Origin: Octopus vulgaris
Taxonomy: Eukaryota
Length of the DNA stretch: 64,000 nucleotides
Assembly: GCA_951406725.2 (NCBI GenBank)
Contig: OX597818.1
Coordinates: forward strand, 59,086,001 to 59,150,000
Direction of reading: 5' to 3'
The notes beneath the pieces are model-generated. The model was not told where the DNA came from and made no database searches. It saw only the letters and a list, made by a program, of their open reading frames with translations. Of this stretch, positions 12,585-25,547 are shown piece after piece. The position numbers were made by a program, and so were the translations under genes. The stretch's first letter is position 1. Each line of letters opens with the position of its first letter.

Positions 12585-13065
12585 AAAAGGGGCCACAGAA
12601 TGAACTTAATCCTCCAAAGGCACACCGTCATACAGAGCAAAATATAACCCAAATCTATGAAAAGTCTGCCAATACAAGCCCAAGTACACTCGGCAGCAAC
12701 GCTGAAGCCGTCAGGAATGATTACAACTGAGATGGTTTTGATAAAAGATGTTCTTTGTCTATCTACTTATCCTCTTTGCGATTTTGGATAATGAGAAAAC
12801 TATACAAATGAAATCCTTTGAATTTAACTAAATTCTATATTTTTATGCAGCTGAAGATTGCTCTAAATTTAAAATTGATGTAATATTTGCATTGTTCAAT
12901 TAAATTGATTCGCATGAAACTATCCGTACTGCATGACCTCTGAATATCCTTGTTGATTATTTTGATTATAATCACCTTATTTTGAATTATATGGATAATA
13001 CCATACTAAATTCTGGTGCCTTTAACTTAAGTACCATATTCATCTGAATCTAAATTTTACTGAAC
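12585..13065 (+). mobile_element. Penelope-like non-autonomous element carrying a hammerhead motif
   Basis: Bounded by TA runs and contains the hammerhead at 12845-12934; PLE assignment is inferred from that association. Confidence 0.55.
12845..12934 (+). ncRNA. Type-I hammerhead ribozyme with long stem II
   Basis: Stem I atgcag/ctgcat (6 bp); CTGAAGA 12851-12857; extended stem II (tgc/gca, aattga/tcaatt, tgtaa/ttgca); GAAA 12916-12919; C-tatcc-G; predicted cleavage after GUA at 12928. Confidence 0.75.
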
Positions 13066-13139
13066 TTATATATATATATATATATATGTATATATAACAG
13101 CTGATAATATATATACATATATATATCTTCTACATTTCC

Positions 13140-13610
13140 TTTATCTTTTACTGGTTTCAGCCTTTCAGTTAGAGTGTGGGTCATCATGGAGTATCGTGTT
13201 TCCGTGTGTTTGGTTTTCTGATCTTTTCTGTTTCTGGCGCAGGTGCGAGTGGACCCAAATACTGTTCTTGTTCCTCCGGCTTCGATGTGGGTGCATTTGC
13301 AATGTCAGATAAAAATCATTTTGAAGACATGCCCATCCACTACCCACAAATCTCTGGGGTCTGGCAAAATGTGTAGAGCCCTGGACCGAAGCTCTTACAG
13401 TCCTAGATCCTTATTCGAGATGGACAAGACAGGATCTTTGGGTACTATTGTGTGCTGTTCGTTTCGGTGTTTGGTATAGATTTTAATGGCAAATTTGAGA
13501 GCTAGACCTTCCAGGATCTTCCATTTGTACATCACTGCATACATTTCACGCCTTCCTTCCAGGTAATAGAATTTCAATTACTTCAGGCTTTCCTTCACCC
13601 ATTTGTTTCA
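13140..13610 (-). mobile_element. Decayed CR1/L2-group LINE 3' fragment
   Basis: YLEGRREMYAVMYKWKILEGLALKF...VPK, from the same ORF2 region as 891-1233. Confidence 0.65.
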
Positions 13611-15496
13611 GCAAATGTTTCTTATCTTTGTAGTGGCGGCGATGAATCGCCCCAATTCCGCCATCAGATTGACGCTTCGCAGTAACGATGCGATACTTTC
13701 ATTATAGTTCCATGAGAAGTTTATTTCATCAATCATACTTATTTCCTGTTCTACATCGTACCCAATAATATAAGACATTTTATTTAAAAACATATATTTA
13801 GAATTTAACAGAAATCCGTCCTTTCAGCCCTTGTTGAAACTAACCATAATATTCGCTTTATAAACATATTTTTGAGTGAGTTAAACAAATCGATGAAATA
13901 AGTGCACATTTACCAAGATTTTTATCTTCTCTCTCTGAATTCATATGCTTTTCCTCTGAAGTTTATCGTCGTCAGTTTGTTTATAACGTTTCAGTCTGAT
14001 TCTTATCTTTTATTATTACACTTTCAAAGAGATTGTTAAAGAATTTCGTCTGATTCTGACCTCGAACACGAGTACATAAGCATGGATGCCTTTATGTAAA
14101 TGGCGTCGTTTTTCACAATGACATTTGTATTGTATTTTTCAACTTTAGTAGAAAAAATTTAAGTTCATGATATAATATTTAAAGCCAAATAGAATAATAA
14201 AACAGAAGAAAAATATTAAATGCCATCGTTATGCTGGTAATGGAATTGAAAATTATTATATCAGTAAACAGAATAAATCAAAAGTTCTGAGAATATTAGA
14301 ATGTTTTTGCTTTTTTTTTTCTCAAAACGTAACAGAATTTTGTCAAGTGATAGATGATACTTTAGATATGACGGATTGCTGGGTCATTTTTTTATGTTTA
14401 TTCTGACGTCATTCCCACCGGAAAGAATTCAATATTGTATGAGGAGTGAAAGTCAGCATTTTATAAAAAGTTCTTACATAAAGCTGTCGATTACAGAGTA
14501 AATAAACCATCGTTGCTTTTCATTGTTAAACTGGCAGAAAAAAAAAGAACGGAAATCTAAAATCGTTTACTTCTTAACAAAAACACTCACATTTAAGGTG
14601 ACGGTTAGATAAATGGTACAATAAAGCTTGTAACATATTTTACTCCTCAATGGAAAAGTAATTTTTCAATTCTTGTTAAAGATGCTGAGGTAAAATAAAT
14701 GGAGAGAAAAGAAAACGCAAATCATTGTCTTGGTGATAAATATTATTACATTTTAAACGGAAATAGATTAGTATTTATTTTATTTTGTTTTAGAATATTA
14801 CTATTTAAATTCTTTTCAAGATCGTAGTGTAGTAAATTGGGTAGATATGCCAAAGTTATGGATAGATGTGATTATACTTTGAGATTTCTTCAGCTAGAGT
14901 GACTATAATGTTTTAACACAAAACGGCAGTCCGATTTATTTATTGCGAAGTAAAAATATTAAATTGACGTTTATAAATTAAACATTGTACACTGTGTTGT
15001 ATATAATTCTATTAGGCGATGTAATTTCTGCCTATACTTTTGCGCATGCCCACCTTTAATGTCTTACAGCGCCGAATGCCAAGCAATGAGTTAAAGAATA
15101 AAAATTTAAATAGCAATTATAAAGAGTTATGATTATACGTGGGATATATACACCGCCGAGAGGTATAGTGATGTGATATTTGTCTTAGGGAAAATACCTT
15201 CATAGACATGTGCAATGAATAACTATTTTAGATTAATATTATATCAGTTGCATACATCGAGCTTTTCTTCTGCCCGGCGGCTTTTGACAATATCGGCGAA
15301 TGAATTATTAAGTTTCCTATATATCGGTGGAAGTGGATTTGGTCTATGCAGCAGGCCTATAAAGAGACTTTCTCTCAGACAAAGATCAGAGCATTATGTT
15401 TGCCAATGCTGTAGATACACTAACTGTAATTGATGGATGGATATATAAATATAATGTATCAAATAGATATATTATCAATTCACTACACTGAGTTCA

Positions 15497-15912
15497 TATT
15501 TCTTTATTGGCCACAAGAGGCTAAACATGGAGGAGAAAAACAAGGACAGACAAACGGATTAAGTCGATTACATCGATCCCAGTGCGTAACTGGTACTTAA
15601 TTTATCGATCCCGAAAGGATGAAAGGCAAAGTCAACCTCGGCGGAAATTGAACTCAGAACGTCACGGCAGACGAAATACCTATTTCTTTACTACCCACAA
15701 GGGGCTAAACACAGAGAGGACAAACAAAGGCAGATAAACGGCTTAAGCTGATTATATCAACTCCAGTGCGTAACTGGTACTTATTTAATCGACCCCGAAA
15801 GGATGAAAGGCAAAGTCGACCTTGGCGAAATTTGAAATCAGAACGTAGCGGCAGACGAAATACTGCTAAGCATCTCGCCCAGCGTGCTAACAATTCTGCC
15901 AGGTCACTGCCT
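15497..15912 (-). mobile_element. SINE-A head-to-tail dimer
   Basis: One head and two bodies joined at gacgaaatacctatttc. Confidence 0.9.
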
Positions 15913-16036
15913 TTAAATTGTTAATTCTTAAGAATTAAGACGTGAGTGAAATATGACAATATATTTTAAAATAGTAGGTAGTATTACATTTCTAATGCTA
16001 CTTCCTTATGTAAAGATTTTGATAAAGAAAAGTGGA

Positions 16037-16290
16037 GGAGGTGGCTTATTGGTTAGGGTGTCAGCATTATGATCGTAAGGTTGTGGTTTCGATTCCTGGA
16101 CCGGGCGATACGTTGTGTTCGTGAGCAAAATACTTCATTTCACGTTGCTCCTCCAGTCCACTCAGCTGGCAAAAATGAGTAGCGCTGCGATGGACTGGCG
16201 TCCCGTCCAGCTGGGAAACACTTACGCCACTGAAACCGGGAAACTGGGACCATGAGCCTGTCTGAGCTATAAAAAGGCGTATTTATTTAT
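16037..16290 (+). mobile_element. tRNA-derived SINE with a SINE-B-like head and a different body and tail
   Basis: gtggcttattggttaggg...ggtttcgattcctggaccgggcg head; gcgatggactggcgtcccgtccag core; (ttta)n tail. Confidence 0.7.
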
Positions 16291-16321
16291 TTTATTTCAG
16301 AATGAAAGCATATATACGTGA

Positions 16322-16483
16322 TTTCAAAGCGACGGAAATAATTTGACAAATTCAATATAAATATTGAAGTGTATCTAACGTTTTTTTTTAATGGCTAGTA
16401 AACACATTCCACGCTGCAATTATTTTTGTTTCCGCACACAATCTCAGATCAGGCCACTTGCTATGCAAGTACATATCCGTAAT
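16322..16483 (+). mobile_element. Degenerate copy of the 4650-4970 element
   Basis: aaagcgacggaaataatttgac...cacttgctatgcaagtacat matches that element. Confidence 0.75.
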
Positions 16484-16502
16484 ATCTCTCTCTCTCTCTC
16501 TC

Positions 16503-16575
<73 letters not shown>

Positions 16576-16578
<3 letters not shown>

Positions 16579-16877
16579 TAGTTGAATGAATTATCTTAGT
16601 ATGGATAATTAGGTTAACCGATAACTGGGTAGCAAATTCACGTCAGAAAAACACGGTTGAAGCTACATGCCAAGGGCAGAGATCACGAGCTTTCGTGTGG
16701 AAATTTGTGTGTTTTTTAATACAAATAAATGAAAGAATGGAGTTGAACGACGATTTAACAGAATTCCTTTATTCTCGACACATGTTTCGAAGGCTGCATA
16801 TTCCTAATTTCGAAGAAATAAGGGGTGCATTATGCCGCCTTCTCATCAGGAGAAGTCGTTCAACTCCATTCTTTCAT

Positions 16878-16885
<8 letters not shown>
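16576..16885 (-). mobile_element. Penelope-like element remnant with an inverted repeat, inserted in (TA)n
   Basis: 29-bp inverted repeat at 16723-16751 and 16855-16883 brackets a canonical hammerhead. Confidence 0.65.
16772..16854 (-). ncRNA. Canonical minimal type-I hammerhead ribozyme
   Basis: Minus strand: ttctc-CTGATGA-gaaggc...gccttc-GAAA-C-atgt-GTC^gagaa; 5-bp stem I, 6-bp stem II base, 2-bp stem III, GUC site; predicted cut between 16777 and 16776. Confidence 0.88.
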
Positions 16886-16928
<43 letters not shown>

Positions 16929-17073
16929 TATGCGTGGCTGCCTGGTAAGTAGCTTTTTTACTAACAACATAGTTCAGAGTTCTGTCCCACTATGTGGCAT
17001 CTCGGGCGAATGTTTTCTACTGTAGCCTTAGGCCAACCAAGTCCTTATATGTAGAGGGAAAATGAAAGGAAAC

Positions 17074-17105
<32 letters not shown>

Positions 17106-17304
17106 GGTGTGCGTGTGTGTGTGCGTGTGCGCGCGTGTGTGTATATTTGTACACATATATTAGTATATATACATGTATGTATACATACACACACTCACAC
17201 ATATATATTTATATGTGTATGTGAGTGTATATAAATATAAATGTTTCTCTCTATAGAGAGAGAGAGACTGAGAGAGGCAGAGAAAGAGATAAAGAGAGAG
17301 CTAG

Positions 17305-17371
<67 letters not shown>

Positions 17372-17959
17372 AGAGAGAGGTGGGGAGAGAGAAAGAGAGT
17401 GGCACACAGAGATACATATACACATACATAATTCAGTCATACGCCATCTGAGGGAAGAAATTATTCAGAAAAATGAATTAGGAGTATATTTTCTTTGTGT
17501 ATATTAAAATTTACCTGGCTGAATGTAGACAACGTTCCTATGACCTGGCACGGCTACATCCAATGCCTTTCTATGAAGTGCAGCACTAAATGACATACCT
17601 TTCATTAGAATGTATACTAATCGCAGGCTGTTGAACGTGAAGAATTTCTCCTAATTGTTCAGTCTCTTCACAAAGAATTCGTTTGACTTGAAATGAAGCA
17701 TAAACGCCTACGTATTCTTACCTAGATTCTATATTAAGTTTTTATAAATTTCTCTTACTTTGTAAGGACACTGATGTAGGCATCTCTCTGCACGTACGTG
17801 TTTCCAATCATGTTGAGTTTAGCCATTATTCTATGAATATTACCATCACAAAACTGAATTCCCCAAATGCTATGTGTGTGTGTGTGGGTGTATTGATCTG
17901 CTTACGGTCCTCTTTCGTAATAAATTATCTTATATTTTCGTGGAATGGAACTCATTCTG

Positions 17960-18402
17960 CAATTACCCACAACGGGCTAAACACAGAGGGGAACAAACAC
18001 GGACAGACACACGGATTAAGTCGATTACATCGACCCCAGTGCGTAACCGTTACTTATTTAATCGACCCCGAAAGGATGAAAAGCAAAGTCGACCTCGGCT
18101 GAATTTGAACTCAGAACGTAGCGGCAGACGAAATGCCGCAAAGCACTTCGCCCGGCGTGCTAACTATTCTTATTTCTTTACTACCCACAAGGGACTAAAC
18201 ACAGAGGGGACACACAAGGACAGACAAACGGATTAAGTCGATTATATCGACCCCAATGCGTAACTGGTACTTATTTAATCGACCCCGAAAGGATGGAAGG
18301 CAAAGTCGATCTAGGCGGAATTTGAACTCAAAACGTAGCGGCAGACGAAATGCTGCAAAGCACTTCGCCCGACGTGCTAACTATTCTGCCAGCTCGCCGC
18401 CT
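17960..18402 (-). mobile_element. SINE-A dimer with the junction in the head region
   Basis: Two bodies; junction gaaata|agaatagttagcacg on the minus strand. Confidence 0.88.
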
Positions 18403-18669
18403 TTGATTTTGTAATTACCGATAGGGTGGTCATATTCTTTCCTTTATAAGGCAGCGTGGTAGCAGAATTACTAGCACGCCGGGCGAAATGCTCAATGTTT
18501 TTTCGTTCGTATTTACGTTTTGAGTTCGAATTCTGACGAGGTTGAATTTGCTTTTCATCCTTACAGAGTCGATAAAATAAGTACCAGTTAAAAGCAGGAG
18601 TCATTGTAATTGCTGGCCTCGAGGAAAATTTTCAAACCATTACATACTTCTATATACACACATATGAAG

Positions 18670-19450
18670 TTGGCGAGCTGGCATAATCGTTAGTACGCCG
18701 GGCGAAATGCGGAGCGGTATTTCGTCTGCCGTTAAGTTCTGAGTTCAAATTCCGCCGAGGTCGACTTTGCCTTTCATCCATTCGGGGTCGATAAATTAAG
18801 TACCAGTTACGCACTGGGGTCGATGTAATCGACTTAATCCGTTTGTCTGTCCTTGCTTGTCCCCTCTGTGTTTATCTCCTTGTGGGTAGTAAAGGAATAG
18901 GTATTTCGTCTGTCGTTACGTTCTGAGTTCAAATTCCACCAAGGTCGACTTTGCCTTTCAACCTTTCGGGGTCGATAAATAAAATACCAGTTTCGGACTG
19001 GGGTCGATATAATTGACTTAATCCGTTTATCTGTCCTTGTTTGTCCACTCTATGTTTAGCCCCTTGATGGTAGTAAAGGAATAGGTATTTCGTCTGTCGT
19101 TACGTTCTGAGTTCAAATTCCACCAAGGTCGACTTTGCCTTTCAACCTTTCGGGGTCGATAAATAAAATACCAGTTTCGGACTGGGGTCGATATAATTGA
19201 CTTAATCCGTTTATCTGTCCTTGTTTGTCCCCTCTATGTTTAGCCCCTTGATGGTAGTAAAGGAATAGGTATTTCGTCTGTCGTTACGTTCTGAGTTCAA
19301 ATTCCACCAAGGTCGACTTTGCCTTTCAACCTTTCGGGGTCGATAAATAAAATACCAGTTTCGCAATGGAGTCGATATAATCGACTTAATCCGTTTGTCA
19401 GTCCTTGTTTGTCCCCTCTATGTTTAGCCCCTTGTGGGTAGTAAAGAAAT
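18670..19450 (+). mobile_element. SINE-A tetramer with 184-bp period
   Basis: Units restart at ggtatttcgtctg at 18900, 19084 and 19268; tatatacacaca on both sides is a probable TSD. Confidence 0.92.
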
Positions 19451-20024
19451 ATATATACACACACATTTCGTGCAAATCAGACTAAAGCTATTGGTATGCT
19501 CTTTTCGTCATAATTGAATTGGTATGTTCTTTCGGTCTCTTTGTTTGGATATCCGTTGATGATATAAAGGGAAGGCATTTGTAGTTGTGCAGTCTACTTA
19601 GGTCATGTTCCGGATTTTAATAAAGCGTTTCTTTCGAAGTGATTCCAATTACAGTAAGTAGCATATCATATTCAGATGAATTTTTTGCTCCTACATATTG
19701 TATTTTGTTTTGGTCGATTGTAGATTTAATGTAGATTCGTTTATGTGTCTTGTTAACCTATCTAGAGATGCTATTTTTACATGGAGGACATTGTTTTTCT
19801 TTCATTTTATAAGTGTTGTGAGATTCTGATTTGAGTGTATCTATGAGTTTGGGACACATGATTTTTCTTACGTTGTCAATCGAATAACTAACACAGCATA
19901 TATGTATGAGTGCATGTCCTTTGTTGAGTGGATTTTGCTAATTTAATTGCAATTGAATATGTTAGTCTCTCGTCTTCTTTACAAAATGTCCCTTGGCGCC
20001 ACTGATTGAAAATGCCTGTAAAAA

Positions 20025-20445
20025 TAATATTTTCTACTCCAGGCACAAGGCTCGAAATTTTGGGAGGAGGTGGGCAGTCGATTAGATCGACCTCTATACG
20101 CAAATGGTACTTAATTTATCGACCCCGAAAGTATGAAAGGCAAAATCTACCTCTGCGGAATATGAACTCAGAAGGTAAAGACAGACGAAATACCTATTTC
20201 TTTACTACCCACAAGGGGCTAAAGATAGAGGGGACAAACAAGGACAGACAAACGGATTAAATCGATTACATCGACCCCAGTGCGTATCTGGTACTTAATT
20301 TATCGACCCCGAAAGGATGAACGGCAAAGTCGACTTCTGCGGAATATAAAATCAGAAGGTAAAGACAGACGAAATACCCATTTCATTACTACCCACAAGG
20401 GGCTAAACACAGAGGGGGCAAACAAGAACAGACAAACGGATCAAT
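20025..20445 (-). mobile_element. SINE-A multimer ending in the alternative tail
   Basis: Junctions gacgaaatacc(t/c)atttc near 20190 and 20375. Confidence 0.85.
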
Positions 20446-21120
20446 TCGGTTGTTAGGATTGCCTCCACGCACTCATACGACAGACAATGGTACCACCTCG
20501 GCAACTTTTGATACCAAACAATATTTCATGATTAATATGATATCCTCTGTGTGTATTTGTGCATGTATCTAAGTATGAATGTATGTATGTTTGTGTATGA
20601 ATACATTTATGTATGTATGGGTATATTTCAGCAACAATATATGTAGTATTGATATCAGATTGAAGCCCCAAGAATAATTCTACTTACGTTAACACCTACA
20701 TTTGTTATTCTATAGATGCTTGCAATGAAAATAGTAATTGTAATATTACAAGTGCCAAAGACGTAGACTTATCAGCATGGACTTACATTATGTGTATAAA
20801 AGAATGCCAGCGACCGGAAACGAACTAGTACCTAGCTTTGTGTTTGCAGGTGAAACATATAATACGCATGCGTTATGTCGAACACCAGAGCTAAGAAATC
20901 TCGTTCCTGTATTCTTGCTTATCATAAGATATGAAAGTATAAATACCTTTAGATTTGCATGTCATTTAAAATCTGTATATCACTGCAATTTAATTATATA
21001 GGGGGGCTTTGTATGAAAAAGTAAAGCAGAGAGTATATATACGTGCATTTGTAGGAGTGCGCATGTGTGAGTTTGTATGTTTGTGTGTGTATGTGTGTGT
21101 GTGTATGTCCGTCACTGTTT

Positions 21121-21173
<53 letters not shown>

Positions 21174-21238
21174 GTCCAATATAAGATATTGGTTTTTGCA
21201 TGCGTTTCTGTCTGCCTGTTTGTCTGTCTCTCTGCCTG

Positions 21239-21336
<98 letters not shown>

Positions 21337-21611
21337 TATATATACATACACTTATACATATATACATGTACACGCAGATGTGCACATGCACACACACGTG
21401 TGGGCTCACACCCAAACAAACGTATATACGCATATGAGGATGAGTGACTGCGTGAGACTCCTGGTCACTATTTATTACAAACTACGGGAGTGTGAATTGC
21501 TATGTGGCCATACAAACCCGTTTATCTCTCCCTATGTAAAATTCTTTGTCTGTCTGTTTGTTCCCTATACATTCTCAAACGGCTCCACCCTCTTTTTCTC
21601 TTTTTTTTTTT

Positions 21612-22018
21612 TTACTCTTTTTACTTTTTTCAGTCATTTGACTGCGGCCATGCTGGAGCACCGCCTTTAGTCGAGCAAATCGACCCCAGGACTTATTCTT
21701 TGTAAGCCCAGTACTTATTCTATCGGTCTCTTTTGCCGAACCGCTAAGTTACGGGGACGTAAACACACCAGCATCGGTTGTCAAGCAATGCTAGGGGAAC
21801 AAACACAGACACACAAACATATTCACACATACTTATATATATATATACATATATACGACAGGCTTCTTTCAGTTTCCGTCTACCAAATCCACTCCCAAGG
21901 CATTGGTCGGCCCGGGGCTATAGCAGAAGACACGTGCCCAAGATGCCACGCAGTGGGACTGAACCCGGAACCATGTGGTTGGTTAGCAAGCTACTTACCA
22001 AACAGACACTCCTGCGCC
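21612..22018 (-). mobile_element. tRNA-derived SINE-C with CORE-like domain, full length
   Basis: Reverse complement is nearly identical to 55800-56210; cttgggcaagtg CORE-like motif; internal (TA/TG)n. Confidence 0.9.
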
Positions 22019-22249
22019 TATGTAATTTCGATTTTTTCTTCGATTGAAAGAATATAGTTCTTTCTCAGAAGAAATAGCAACCAAATATTTCCTTTTCTGG
22101 AGAAAGAAGCCGATTATGTGTGATTTCAATGTCACATTCATAGAATGCATGCGAAATAATCTGGAAAGGAAAAACAAAAACTCGGAAAACAAAACTCCGT
22201 TGGTGGGACTCTCCAAATTCAAAATGCCAGAAAAGAGAACAGAAATGAT

Positions 22250-22349
22250 CTGACTGGTAGGAGAGGCGTTGCAAGGTAGATAGATTCCCAAAGATAGTTG
22301 CAGCAAATAGTAGAGTCATGGGTAAGGTTATGGTTGCAGAAAGGAATTC

Positions 22350-22405
<56 letters not shown>

Positions 22406-22970
22406 GAGAGAGAGAGAGTGAGAGAGAATGTGTGTTCGTAGCTGCACAAGATCAAGCATTAAGGACTCATTGGATAAAAGCGAAGAAGACAAAAACCAAG
22501 TAGATTCTCAACGTAGATTATGCAAATCGAAAGAGGAAAGCGTTACTCATATAGTAAGAGAATGAAGTATGCTTGCATAGAAAGAATACAAGAAAAGACA
22601 TGACCATCTAAGGAGATCAATCTACTGGGAGCTATGTAGAAAGTTAGGATTTGAACATACGAATAAATGGCATAAATATAAACCTAAGAAGGCGACGAGC
22701 TGGCAGAAACGTTAGCACGCCGGATGAAATGCTTAGCGGTATTTCGTCTGTCGTTACGTTGTGAGTTCAAATTCCGCCGAGGTTGACTTTGCTTTTCATC
22801 CTTTGGGGGTCGATAAATTAAGTGGCAGTTCCGCACTGGGGTCGATGTAATCGACTTAATACCCATCTCTGTCCATGTTTGTCCCCTCTATGTTTAGCCC
22901 CTTGTGGGTAATAAAGAAATAGGTATAAATATAAACCTAGTAAAGTAGTAGAATGTAAGAAATATATGAT
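22250..22970 (+). pseudogene. Decayed R4/Dong-type (RLE clade) retrotransposon ORF fragment, interrupted by (AG)n and SINE-A
   Basis: FVAAQDQALRTHWIKAK...RLCKSKEESVTHIV...LA*KEYKKRHD...IYWELCRKLGF...KW..YKP(S)KVVE matches the CCHC region upstream of the RLE domain. Confidence 0.85.
22691..22921 (+). mobile_element. SINE-A with an 18-bp TSD
   Basis: gg(c/t)ataaatataaaccta at 22669-22686 and 22922-22939. Confidence 0.92.
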
Positions 22971-24559
22971 GTCGTATGTATGCGTATGTATGTATTTATG
23001 TATGTGTGTATGTATGTATGTGTTTATATATGTATATATATATATATATGTATGTGTTTATATATGTATATATATATATGTATGTATATATGTATGCATG
23101 TATATATGCATATATATATGTATGTATGTATATATCTATACATGTATGTATGTACATATGTATGTATATATGTATGTATGTATATATGTATGTCTATATG
23201 TATGTATGTATACATGTATGCATGTATATATGTAAGCAAGTACATATGTATGCATGTATGTATGTATATATGTATGTATGTATATACGTATGTATATATG
23301 TATACATACATACATATAGACATACATATATACATACATACATATATACATACATACCTAGTAAAGTAATAGAATGTAAGAAATATATGACGTCGTACGT
23401 CTGCGTATGTATGTATTTATGTATGTATTTATGTATGTATGTGTGTATGTATGTATGTGTTTATATATGTATATATATATATGTATGTATATATGTATGC
23501 ATGTATATATGCATGTATATATGTATGTATGTATGTATGTCTATATGTATGTATGTATATATGTATGCATGTATATATGTAAGCAAGTACATATGTATGC
23601 ATGTATGTATGTACGTATATATGTATGTTTATACGTATGTATATATGTATGGATGTCTATATGTATGTCTGTATGTATGTGTATGTGAGCGTGTGCGTGC
23701 GCGTCTGTGTCTCTGTGTGGGTATGAGATGGTAATAGCCCTTAGATTTCCGAAGCGGTTCACTCATTTAGTTACCAACTTGGCCCAACATTGCTCCATTT
23801 TGGTGTTCGCACGAAAACCGGTGCATTCAATCTCAGCTTTCGCATGGTAATGATATTTTATAATGCCATTCCTCAGCAGAAATTTCAGTAAAATGTTGAT
23901 CAGATTTAGAGGTAAGTCTCCAATAATCTGAAGAATCTCTTGTAGGAATCCTACAGAATAACATTTAGAAAATTGCTACAACGCCGCAAAGCTGATCTCA
24001 CTGAAATTCAAAGAAATCGATTTTCATGTTTTCAAAGTTTCTAGAGAATTTCCCTTTTCATTAATGGTCAAATTATCCTTTCCCTCATTTTATGGTATTT
24101 CACAATGCTTCGTTTTGTATTCCTATTTGCATTCAACCGCGAAACTAACCGAATTACTTTGAAACGGTAGTCCCTACTGCAGAAGCCTGTTTCGGGCACG
24201 CTTGCATGTCTAGCTATTGTTGCTAGTTTAGTAACCGCTGTTATTCATCAAAGTTACATTCGTAGAACTATACGAAAAAATTTTATTTGATATTCCTGCA
24301 TTAGATCGAGATTTACATTGTAATGATCACGATTTCTACTAAAGCATTTCCTGTTCTACTATTTTCTTCATTTTCTCCACTGTGTAACCATTTGTTTGTG
24401 CTGTTGTTGCATGGCTCTTTTCAGTTAGAATTCTGTAGTTCTCTACGGGCTGAATTCGCGTTTCGTGTTTTATTTAATTTAGACTTTGAGCACGTGCTAT
24501 GTCTTTTATCCTGCCTGGTATTCGCAATACTTTTATTTTTGTTATTCGTTACTTATGTT

Positions 24560-24960
24560 CTATCGATGTTCTGTCTGTTTGAATTCGAACATTTTGGGCT
24601 GGAATCTTCTTATGGTTGCCAATTTTCTGGTATGCACACGCACTTTTAATTCCGCTTTATTTTCTTCTCTGAAGTTTATATCTGAGCAGTAGTTTTGTAA
24701 TTTTGAACTTCGAGTATAGAACATAAATTCAGTAGAGAATCTTATTCTTCTGATGTCCATTTATGCCATTTCCGTTATATTTGCGAATTTGTGTAGAGAT
24801 TGCTGAAGAGGGAGGGCGAATACACGGGTCGAAAGTGTCTTTGAAATCTTTGATACTCTTTATTTGGTGGTTCCTGTTATTCAACTTCTTAAATATGTTT
24901 CGCACGATTCTTAAATATGGTTGACGCAATTTTTGTTGGATACAGTTTTTTTTTGCATTT
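24560..24960 (-). pseudogene. Highly decayed Penelope-like reverse transcriptase fragment
   Basis: IVRN...LNNRN..KSIK..DTFD / FSNLYTN (frameshifted) resembles the SIKTFDFSTLYT motif of PLE RTs. Confidence 0.45.
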
Positions 24961-25029
24961 CCATAGTTAATTTTAACGTGTTCCTCTTTTGTATTCGTTG
25001 CACCAGATTCAAAGGAAGATTTAACTTGC

Positions 25030-25235
25030 TGCTAGTCTTCACTTGATTGATATAGGTTTCATTTGAATTATCTGCCATTGAAGTTGTGAAAACAGCACTG
25101 CTTGGAAAAGCTCCAACATTCGGATGGTGCTCAAAAGATAAGGGATGTTACCTGAGTTCAGTGGTAGTGAACAGCTGACAACGTAGTACATCTCCAGCGT
25201 TGGAAGCTGTACAAAGGCAATAAAATAATAATAAT
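25030..25235 (+). mobile_element. R4/Dong-type 3' end with (AAT)n tail
   Basis: EVVKTALLG... resembles the QKAALLGTARILR terminus; followed by aataataat. Confidence 0.6.
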
Positions 25236-25509
25236 AACAAAAACAAGAAGGAAAACAACAACAACAACAACAATAATAATGATAATAATAATAATGATAA
25301 TAATAATTGCCCACAAGTAGTACAAAGAGAAGTGCGTTTACATGGCTAAATTCGTCCCTGGAGGCTATTTTACCCCAGTGTCACTTTCATGAAGAGCACT
25401 GCTTTCTCACTCAATAATAATAATAATAATAATATTAATAATAATAATAAGAGGAAGAAGAAGAAGAAAAAGAAGAAGAAGAAGATGAATAAGAATTATT
25501 ATTATTAAA

Positions 25510-25547
<38 letters not shown>

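Noticed and set aside
18670-19450. Regularly spaced repeats resembling a CRISPR array or a hammerhead retrozyme
   Set aside because: Units are contiguous SINE bodies with no unique spacers, no cas genes, and no CUGANGA/GAAA core.
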